Assembly: GCA_013334765.1 (NCBI GenBank)
Contig: JAAXWW010000003.1
Coordinates: 49,354 to 113,353 of the forward strand
Source of the DNA: Candidatus Moraniibacteriota bacterium
GTDB lineage: Bacteria; Patescibacteriota; Minisyncoccia; Moranbacterales; UBA2206
Reading direction: 5' to 3'
Length of the DNA: 64,000 nucleotides
Positions 18,433 through 25,998 of the stretch are shown piece after piece (the first letter of the stretch is position 1; each line of letters starts with the position of its first letter). The notes below the pieces were generated by a model. That model searched no databases. It saw only the letters and a list, made by a program, of their open reading frames with translations, and was not told the DNA's origin. The translations under genes and the position numbers were made by a program.

Positions 18433-20067
18433 TTATACCTTCAAATTCTTCCCCCGTTCCGCTTTGGCCGCGACCAGTTTTATCTTCTCGTAGCTTATGT
18501 TCTCCGGCAGGATATCCTTAATCGGTTTCAGCCTTTCGGCGCTTCCGACCCGATCGATTGCGGCTGCAATGTCCTCTTCCTCAGCTTCAGAAACGAACTT
18601 GCGGATATCCAAATCTTTTCCGGAAAGATGCCAATCCGCCAAATGGCTGATGATGGTCCGGTCGCTCAATCCCCGGATCTTCACCATCTGTTCCAGAGTG
18701 TATCCACGCTGATAGAGATCGCCTGTCGCCCGGACAGTGGCGCCGATCAGGTTCCTGGTTGCCCTTTTCTCCTTCAAGCGGCTCCTAAAATCGTTGCTGT
18801 CGTCTTTCTTTCTTTTCCAGCCGAGACACACGTCGCAGCCTTGGCAATTGTCGCCATGCGTCGGATATTCCGGATCGTCGAAATATTTGAGGATGTTCTT
18901 CCGGCGGCATTTGGCTGTTTCGACATAGCCGATCATCTTGTCGAGCCGGTCGTATTTTATGGAAATGAGGCAGCTTATCTCTTCGTCCGACTTGCCCTGA
19001 TCCCACATGGCTTGGCGGTCGTTACGGATGAAGAATTTGTGCATCGTGACATCACGCTTGCCATGAAGCAATATGCAATATGCTGTCTCCCCGTCCCGGC
19101 CGGCGCGTCCGGCTTCCTGATAGTATCCTTCCAGATTCTTGGGCATGCCGGCGTGGATGACGAACCTGACATCGGATTTGTCCACGCCCATCCCAAAAGC
19201 GATGGTCGCCACGATGACTTTGTAGTTGTCGTCCATGAAACCGTTCTGGATCTTCTCGCGTTCCGGCCCGCTCATGCCGGCATGATATGCGGCAGCCGGA
19301 ACATCGTTTTCTTTAAGGAAAAGCGCCATCTGATCAGCTTCTTTCCTTGTGAGGGTATATATGATCCCAACTCCCTCCATGGTGCCGACCAAACGCAGGA
19401 CTTCGGCATAGCGTTCGCGCGGCTTGAGATCCTTCTCCACAAAGAATTTCAGATTAGGACGGTTGAATCCGCGCACGAACACTTGGGGATCCTTGAGCGC
19501 CAACCTCACGGAAATATCGTCTTTCACTTCCGGCGTCGCCGTCGCGGTGAAAGCGGCCACTGCGGGACGGTTGCGAAGACGGCCGATGAAATCCTTGATT
19601 TCGAGATAGTCGGGACGGAAATCATGTCCCCAGGCGGAAACGCAGTGCGCCTCGTCGACTGCCAGAAGGAAAAAATCGATATCGGCGATGAGCGCTTGGA
19701 AGTTCCGGTTGGACAATCTTTCCGGAGCGACATAGAGCAGCTTGTATTTCCCGTTTCGGACTCCCTGGACGCGGAAATCGACCTCGGAAGGAGACAGCGA
19801 GCTGTTGATGAAAGTGGCCGGGATGCCGCGGGCGTTGAGCGCGTCGACTTGGTCTTTCATGAGCGCGATGAGCGGAGAAATGATAATCGAGGTTTTCTGA
19901 CTGAGAATGGCCGGCAGCTGATAGCACAAAGACTTCCCTCCGCCGGTCGGCATGAGAGCGACAACATCTTTCCCTGCCAGGATCGCCTCGACGATTTCGC
20001 GCTGTCCCGGACGGAACTGGGAAAAATTGAAATATCTTTCTAGGTATCCTTCAAGCATGTCTTTCAT
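18433..20067 (-). CDS. recQ: ATP-dependent DNA helicase RecQ
   Basis: RPGQREIVEAIL, MPTGGGKSLCYQLPA, DEAH, Zn-binding Cys cluster, and C-terminal HRDC-like region. 544 aa. Confidence 0.9.
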   Translation of the reverse strand: MKDMLEGYLERYFNFSQFRPGQREIVEAILAGKDVVALMPTGGGKSLCYQLPAILSQKTSIIISPLIALMKDQVDALNARGIPATFINSSLSPSEVDFRVQGVRNGKYKLLYVAPERLSNRNFQALIADIDFFLLAVDEAHCVSAWGHDFRPDYLEIKDFIGRLRNRPAVAAFTATATPEVKDDISVRLALKDPQVFVRGFNRPNLKFFVEKDLKPRERYAEVLRLVGTMEGVGIIYTLTRKEADQMALFLKENDVPAAAYHAGMSGPEREKIQNGFMDDNYKVIVATIAFGMGVDKSDVRFVIHAGMPKNLEGYYQEAGRAGRDGETAYCILLHGKRDVTMHKFFIRNDRQAMWDQGKSDEEISCLISIKYDRLDKMIGYVETAKCRRKNILKYFDDPEYPTHGDNCQGCDVCLGWKRKKDDSNDFRSRLKEKRATRNLIGATVRATGDLYQRGYTLEQMVKIRGLSDRTIISHLADWHLSGKDLDIRKFVSEAEEEDIAAAIDRVGSAERLKPIKDILPENISYEKIKLVAAKAERGKNLKV

Positions 20068-20128
20068 CTTATCCTGTATCAGTCCATCTTACAATATCAA
20101 GATAAAATATGGATAAAAAAAGCTCAGG

Positions 20129-20923
20129 CTATTTCTGCTCCCAGTGCCAGTGCCAGGGCTCGTCCGACACCCCAAGATCGTTTCCTTTGGGATAGGTCTG
20201 ATAGAAATCGTATTTCGCGGCATTCTCATTAAGCCAAGCGAATTCCGGGAGGGCATAGAAATCGTCAGCAGTTTGACCCTTGTCCTGACCGCTCACTCCA
20301 TCGGCATTGATAAGGTCGGCGGCAGTATTAGGCGAACCATGCTCGCTGTAGCCGGGCATGGCGATCCATTTGGCATTCTCATCGAGGGAATATCCGTTCT
20401 CAGGACCAAGATAGTAGAAGAAGAGATAGGCCTGGTATCCGGGCGAGCGGTATCCGGACGAAATATAAAGCTCTTTCCCAATATCGTTTCTCATCGCTTC
20501 CATCATTCTCTGGAAATCGGCATAATGCTCTTTCGGGAAGAAATTGATTCCCGTGTCTATCTCGTTCCCATCATGAACGAATGTCATGGAATCTATTCTC
20601 GCAAGATCGGTGACCGGATCCTTTGAGAATTCCGGCCCCTTGAAACCGAGCGTTGAGGGCTTGATGGCGAATATCCTTTTGACGAATTTCCGTTCTATGG
20701 GATTGAGGCTCGCTATCAGACTGTCATAGGTGATGACTTTCCTTTCTTCCTTCGGCATCGATTCAAGCTTCGCCGCCCAATTCTTGTTTATCTGGTCGAC
20801 TGCGAAACGTTGGACAAAATCCAGTTTCTTGTTGGAGATCGGAAAGAATATGACATCCCAAAAAGCCAGAATCAAAAGAACGATTGCAAGCCACAAAACC
20901 GATAACCCTATTTTCTTCTTCAT
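20129..20923 (-). CDS. D-alanyl-D-alanine carboxypeptidase, peptidase M15B (VanY-like)
   Basis: SGYRSPGYQ...GYSEHGSPNTAADL zinc-binding motifs. N-terminal TM anchor. Confidence 0.75.
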   Translation of the reverse strand: MKKKIGLSVLWLAIVLLILAFWDVIFFPISNKKLDFVQRFAVDQINKNWAAKLESMPKEERKVITYDSLIASLNPIERKFVKRIFAIKPSTLGFKGPEFSKDPVTDLARIDSMTFVHDGNEIDTGINFFPKEHYADFQRMMEAMRNDIGKELYISSGYRSPGYQAYLFFYYLGPENGYSLDENAKWIAMPGYSEHGSPNTAADLINADGVSGQDKGQTADDFYALPEFAWLNENAAKYDFYQTYPKGNDLGVSDEPWHWHWEQK

Positions 20924-20990
20924 TTTGTTTTGAATATATTTGAATTATCCTATTGAACTAATTCTATGGCAGAATTCCTGATTCGCAAAG

Positions 20991-21656
20991 TCACATCATC
21001 CCCTCGTCTTTCAAGCTGAAATATCCGTCCTTGGCGACGATTACATGATCGAGAAGTCCGATGCCGATGATCTTCGCGGCCTCCGAGAGGCGCTTGGTGA
21101 TTTCTATGTCTTCGTCGGACGGCTCCGGATTTCCGGATGGATGGTTATGCGCCACGATCAGGTGCGCGGCAACGTTCTTGATCGCCGGCTCGAAAACTTC
21201 CCGCGGATGTACCAGATTGGCATTGAGCGTCCCGATGGAGATAGTCTCACGGCAGATTTCCTGATTGCGGGTGTCGAGATAGAAAACGACGAAATGCTCC
21301 TTCTTGTGATCGCGGATGTCTTTTAGGCTATCGAAAACGTCTTCGGGTTTCATAATGAGCGCAGTTTTCTTGTTCTTGAGTTTCCTCCGGCCAAGTTCGA
21401 AGCATGCCACAATTTCTGCTGCTTTGGCAGCGCCGAGCCCGAAAGTTTTCTTGAGCTCCTTGAAATCAGCAATGGCAATGGCGCTATCCGGGAATTTCCG
21501 CAGTATTTCCTTGGAAAGCTCGACGACGTTTTTCCCTTTGGTGCCGGTGCGAAGCAATATGGCCAGGAGCTCGGCATCCTTGAGCTTTTCCGGACCGTAT
21601 TTCTCCATTTTCTCCCTCGGCCGCTCGATTTTATGCAGATCTTTTATTTTGGGCAT
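20991..21656 (-). CDS. radC: RadC-like JAB-domain protein (UPF0758)
   Basis: HNHPSGNPEPSDEDIEITKRL JAMM motif. N-terminal HhH region. Confidence 0.85.
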   Translation of the reverse strand: MPKIKDLHKIERPREKMEKYGPEKLKDAELLAILLRTGTKGKNVVELSKEILRKFPDSAIAIADFKELKKTFGLGAAKAAEIVACFELGRRKLKNKKTALIMKPEDVFDSLKDIRDHKKEHFVVFYLDTRNQEICRETISIGTLNANLVHPREVFEPAIKNVAAHLIVAHNHPSGNPEPSDEDIEITKRLSEAAKIIGIGLLDHVIVAKDGYFSLKDEGMM

Positions 21657-21738
21657 GGTTTTGAAAGGATTGTGTTAGCTTTTTTTGCTTTATTTAAGTC
21701 TTTTTGTGAGTATTTGGGGATATTTCGGTTGGGCACTC

Positions 21739-21767
21739 TTGACAAAAGTGCAATATGGGTGTATATT
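21739..21767 (+). promoter_or_regulatory. sigma70-type promoter TTGACA-N17-TATATT
   Basis: ttgacaaaagtgcaatatgggtgtatatt sits ~70 nt upstream of the only plus-strand gene. AAAGG RBS before the ATG at 21835. Confidence 0.55.
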
Positions 21768-21834
21768 AATAGGTCGGGATGGATTTTATCAGCGTTGAAC
21801 CTTAAACTTGCCCTCAAAGGCAAAGGTATAAGCC

Positions 21835-22266
21835 ATGAAGCGCACCAACCTGTTTTCCGTTCTTTTTATCGCCCTGCTTCTTACGCTCGGCCTGTTCGCA
21901 GTCATGCCGGACTCGGCACAGCAGACCCCATCGAACAGCTGCCCCTCGTCGGCCTACAACTGGATCGACAGCACCGACAGTTCCAAGATCACCCTCATCC
22001 TGGGGAACAACAACAGCTTCCCCGATGACGACATCCTGCTCCAAGAGATGGCAAACGCCATTTCGGAAAACATCCCGGCTGTCACAGAAGTATGGTTCCC
22101 CAATGAGAACAACAATCACGGCATGACCTTCAATATCAGCGCCAAGAGCTGCCGGGATGAGGTTATTCACGGAATTGAAGTGTTCATGGACTACTATTTC
22201 GACAGAGTGAGTCTGGCCAAGACCGAGTCTGAACGCATGAAGCGATTGAGAAACCAAAGCAGCTAG
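21835..22266 (+). CDS. secreted hypothetical protein (only plus-strand gene in the window)
   Basis: Signal peptide MKRTNLFSVLFIALLLTLGLFAVMP. Consensus promoter upstream and a hairpin plus T-run downstream. The overlapping minus ORF 21814-22329 is rejected. Confidence 0.6.
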   Translation: MKRTNLFSVLFIALLLTLGLFAVMPDSAQQTPSNSCPSSAYNWIDSTDSSKITLILGNNNSFPDDDILLQEMANAISENIPAVTEVWFPNENNNHGMTFNISAKSCRDEVIHGIEVFMDYYFDRVSLAKTESERMKRLRNQSS

Positions 22267-22293
22267 ACCGCCGCGCGCATCGCCGCGACCCAG

Positions 22294-22327
22294 GCCCCCA
22301 TTCACTAAGTAATGGGGGCTTTTTTTC
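22294..22327 (+). terminator. rho-independent terminator
   Basis: gcccccattcactaagtaatgggggc followed by ttttttt. Confidence 0.6.
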
Positions 22328-22337
22328 ATGTTCGGAT

Positions 22338-22772
22338 TTATTTTTTAAGTTTCTTCCTGTCTCCTTTTATCGAATCCCAGACTATTTTGGCGAAACTTGC
22401 AAATACAAGCAATTGACCCATTATAATTGAGATCGTTCTCCTGTTTGGTCCGATACTCATCCAACTTTCACGATATTCAGGAGTTATAGTTATAAAATAA
22501 ACTGACGCAATAAGCCATATTATAAAAAACTTCATCCATTTTTTAAAAATATTATCGTTAACAAAAAACAGTAAGAAGGAGACAATGACAAGAGATATTG
22601 ATGTGAAATGCAATGAAATAATATATGAATTATATTTTATTGCGCACTTTTCAACCTCGTTTTCTAAATGACATAATCCTAATATTCCCGCTTTGGATGA
22701 CAAATAGCTATAACCATAAACAACAACTCCACATGCTAAGATTACAATCCTCCACCAATATGTTTTTTTCAT
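22338..22772 (-). CDS. polytopic membrane protein, function unknown
   Basis: 144 aa, four hydrophobic helices. Confidence 0.45.
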   Translation of the reverse strand: MKKTYWWRIVILACGVVVYGYSYLSSKAGILGLCHLENEVEKCAIKYNSYIISLHFTSISLVIVSFLLFFVNDNIFKKWMKFFIIWLIASVYFITITPEYRESWMSIGPNRRTISIIMGQLLVFASFAKIVWDSIKGDRKKLKK

Positions 22773-22789
22773 GATACTGCGATAAATAA

Positions 22790-25700
22790 TTATCTCTTAC
22801 TCTTCTTGTAGTATACCACTATCGCGACCTGAACGATCAGGAAAGAATATATGGACATCACCAAGAGAATAATCGTTTTTATCATCCTCTCACTGCTTTC
22901 CATTCGGCAATTGCAGGGAGCCTTTGCTTTATCAGCACAATCCACCTGAACTCCGTTTGGTGCGGATTCCGCAGCATCTCCTTCAATTTTTCCCCCGTTG
23001 ATTCCCTGGGGTGTCAGTGTCGAGACATTTTCTTTTCCCACAACTGATATTCTCTTGATGATGCTCGTTCGGGATATGCTTTCTTCATCATCACTATCAT
23101 CATTTCCACTATCGCTCTCATCGCTTACTGAAAAATCCGTTTTTTTCTGCCCGCTGTCAGAATCAGGTTCAGCCGAATAGTCTTCCGCGCCGTCCCCGTC
23201 ATAGTCAGCTATGAGTTTTGTTATGCCGGATACGCCACTGCTCGGTATATCGAGATTGACCTTGGTGTCAGGCGAAACTGGAAGATCGGAAAAGACCGCC
23301 GCCGCCAAAATCTCGTCATTGCCAGAAGAAGACGGCTGCACTTCTTCAGCTTTGAGCGTATATGATCCGCTGTCATAGCCGTCCATTTCCAGCTTGATGT
23401 TTTCGCCGCTAGGAAATCCGACATATTTCCGCTCATCCAGCTCGATATAGTAGCTGTTCGGAATGCCTTCCTCGATGATTGTCGTTTCCTGCCCGTCAAC
23501 CGTGACGGTTTTCGGTCCGGTATGGTTGCCCTGGTCGTCATAGAGATGGATATTGAGCGGAGAATAGAGCGACATGCGGATACGCGACTTGGCTCCTTCA
23601 TAGTCTTTTGGGAGACTTTTATGGATGTACTCCGGCAGCGAGGCGTTCTCGCCCTTATTGGAAATTATCTTGGAGAGAAATTGCCTTATCGAATCAGTTT
23701 CAAAGAGATATGCATGATTCTTACTATCATTATCATCCTTATTGCTTCTATATAAATCAAACCAATACCTCTCCACATCATCCCCTTCCGGCATCATAAG
23801 GGCACTCGGCGAAGTGACTATTCCATCACCATCGACTGTTAAAACCGGATCGAATATATTGTCGTATTCTCCGGTTCCTGTGCATGACGGAACTTTCGAT
23901 CCAGGAACAGCATGGCAACGAGTCTTTTCCTTTTCTCCATATCTGACCCCTTTTATAGTATCCAGCCCCCAACCTGCAATCTGGATAGCCTTGGTGCCGG
24001 AAGGAGGTTTCCATGCATCCTCTTTTTCATGCATCTTCCGAGCCTCTTCCAGGATATTTCCATTCAGTACGGCAGGCGTCGAAGCATCGTTCATCACGGA
24101 GTCTTCCCTTTCATCCCCTTCTCCAGTCAGAAATTTCTTGAATTCGTCATAGCCCTCTATGCCTTCTCCGTAGTCGCTTTTGAAGCGGCCGGATGAGAAT
24201 GTCACTAAGGGATCGTGTGATTTATCGAGATATTCTTTGCTAGGCAGAAGCCCGTATGCTCCAGGAATAGTAATCGCCAATTTCATCGCTTCATAATCGC
24301 TTGTAAGAAACCCATCGAGAAGCCCTTCCTTGTAGCCGTAGAGCATGGAGAGGATTGCCTTTGGCGTCCCCATTTGCGGCGTTCCGACAAACACCACTTT
24401 ATCGACCTCTCCCGCTTTCCCCTCTTCTTCCAGCTTCATCATGATGGCCTTGGCAAGGAGCCCGCCATTGGAATGAGCGACTATGGTCACCTTGCCGTTC
24501 TTCGATGACGATGCCAGTTCATCAACCGTCGCGACTGGAAATTTCCTCTCGCCGCCAGGGTGCGGAGTTCCGTTCTCAACCACATCTTCGACGCTCTGGC
24601 GCCAGTCATAGGGAAAGGCTTCATAGCCACTGATAATTTCGGCACTTTTTTTCGATTCCAAATCATCTATGAATGACTTATAGAATTTCTGGGTTGTTTT
24701 CAGAAACGATATTTGATCAATAACGTCTTTCGTATAGACATCCTCCATGCTCTTGCCGTCTTTGAAAAGAAGCTGATCCATGTCATTGCTGAAAGGAGTC
24801 GGCGGCCATAGCTGGTCTTCTGAGCCAAGCAGATCATTTTTGTATAGGCTGCTACCTTCTATTCCTGGCAGGAAGAGGACGTTTGATGCGCAGTCAGCAC
24901 AAACGCTTTCGAAGCGATGATCGCTCCAGCCGTCCAAGGTATAGTCGCCGGAAATCTCTTCGCCTGACCCTGAAAGCCCGGCTCCGCTCGGTCCAGAGGC
25001 ATCGCCATACCAGTTGTTTTCCAGCCTTATTGCTTCTTTATCACGGACAAAGCCGTGCTCAGTATCTTTTCCTGAAAAGGATATCAACGCGGTGCCTTGG
25101 AGATTGCCTTCGAAATTGGAATTGGAAACCATAAGGCTGCTGTCTAGCGATTCCTCTTCGGATGAATGGTAATAATCAACTTCTATGTCCGCATAGGAAT
25201 TGTCCTTGAATGTCGAGTTGTCGATGTCGACTCTGCCGCTATAGAATGTGACGGCCGGATTGAATCTGAGTTCTTGGCTCGCATAGGCCGTGTTGAAGAT
25301 GTTCCGCCTTGCTTTATCGTTAATCCCAATACGCGGCGGACAGTCCGAAGTATCGTATTCCACATATGTCCCCATGTCCTCGAAACTGACGTGCTCTAAT
25401 ATTGATGGATCTTCATTTTCCTCTGGCGTGTCTGAAAATTCGATCATGCCGCCCTCATACATGAAGCATTTCGGATCGTATTGCTGGTCTTCTTCAGGAA
25501 TGGAGGATGGGTCGAAAGGCGGCTTTACGAAAACGATATTCTCTTTGGAAGTCCCTCTTGCATCGATCCTGCCATCGAACACATAGATATTCCCCATCCT
25601 TATGCGGGTCCCTTTTTCTATGGTCAGCGTCGCTCCTTCGATGATCTCGACATCAGTATTGGAAATATCCACCTCTCCGCTCCAGACGGTATCATGGTCG

Positions 25701-25837
25701 ATTTCCATCCGGTCGTCATAGCATGCGCGGGCTTGGTTCGTGCGATTGAAAACCGAAAGCAGCCCTTCCGGCGAAACCGGCAGGACGGTGAGAATGAAAA
25801 TGAGCAGCGCGCTTATGGCTTGGCTTATCCTTCGCAT
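22790..25837 (-). CDS. large cell-surface protein with alpha/beta-hydrolase (lipase/LCAT/PGAP1-like) domain, C-terminal TM anchor
   Basis: 1015 aa. Signal peptide. Nucleophile elbow KVTIVAHSNGGLLAKA (GxSxG). Asp/Ser-rich linker. C-terminal hydrophobic helix IKTIILLVMSIYSFLIVQVAIVVYY followed by KKSKR. Confidence 0.55.
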   Translation of the reverse strand: MRRISQAISALLIFILTVLPVSPEGLLSVFNRTNQARACYDDRMEIDHDTVWSGEVDISNTDVEIIEGATLTIEKGTRIRMGNIYVFDGRIDARGTSKENIVFVKPPFDPSSIPEEDQQYDPKCFMYEGGMIEFSDTPEENEDPSILEHVSFEDMGTYVEYDTSDCPPRIGINDKARRNIFNTAYASQELRFNPAVTFYSGRVDIDNSTFKDNSYADIEVDYYHSSEEESLDSSLMVSNSNFEGNLQGTALISFSGKDTEHGFVRDKEAIRLENNWYGDASGPSGAGLSGSGEEISGDYTLDGWSDHRFESVCADCASNVLFLPGIEGSSLYKNDLLGSEDQLWPPTPFSNDMDQLLFKDGKSMEDVYTKDVIDQISFLKTTQKFYKSFIDDLESKKSAEIISGYEAFPYDWRQSVEDVVENGTPHPGGERKFPVATVDELASSSKNGKVTIVAHSNGGLLAKAIMMKLEEEGKAGEVDKVVFVGTPQMGTPKAILSMLYGYKEGLLDGFLTSDYEAMKLAITIPGAYGLLPSKEYLDKSHDPLVTFSSGRFKSDYGEGIEGYDEFKKFLTGEGDEREDSVMNDASTPAVLNGNILEEARKMHEKEDAWKPPSGTKAIQIAGWGLDTIKGVRYGEKEKTRCHAVPGSKVPSCTGTGEYDNIFDPVLTVDGDGIVTSPSALMMPEGDDVERYWFDLYRSNKDDNDSKNHAYLFETDSIRQFLSKIISNKGENASLPEYIHKSLPKDYEGAKSRIRMSLYSPLNIHLYDDQGNHTGPKTVTVDGQETTIIEEGIPNSYYIELDERKYVGFPSGENIKLEMDGYDSGSYTLKAEEVQPSSSGNDEILAAAVFSDLPVSPDTKVNLDIPSSGVSGITKLIADYDGDGAEDYSAEPDSDSGQKKTDFSVSDESDSGNDDSDDEESISRTSIIKRISVVGKENVSTLTPQGINGGKIEGDAAESAPNGVQVDCADKAKAPCNCRMESSERMIKTIILLVMSIYSFLIVQVAIVVYYKKSKR

Positions 25838-25920
25838 ATGTTCTTTGCCTCTGTTTTATGAAGCATTTTTCCATTCTAGACAGAGGGAAATAAACTTTCG
25901 ATAAAATTGTTATGGAGAAA

Positions 25921-25956
25921 AGATAAAATCGGCGCAAAAAAACAGCGCCATTCCTG
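25921..25956 (-). terminator. rho-independent terminator with overlapping alternative hairpin
   Basis: Minus strand reads aaacagcgtcaggaatggcgctgttttttt. A second hairpin ggcgc-N9-gcgcc shares one arm. Confidence 0.5.
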
Positions 25957-25998
25957 ACGCTGTTTCATAAGCTATATTCGATTGGAATTTGAAGTGTC

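Noticed and set aside
18400-20043. 547-aa plus-strand ORF
   Set aside because: It is antisense to recQ. All helicase motifs are on the minus strand, and the plus-strand frame is a low-complexity read-through typical of GC-richer antisense frames.
21814-22329. 171-aa minus-strand ORF overlapping the plus-strand secreted-protein gene
   Set aside because: The plus-strand gene has a consensus promoter, RBS, signal peptide and terminator. The minus frame is Gly/Arg/Ala low-complexity antisense.
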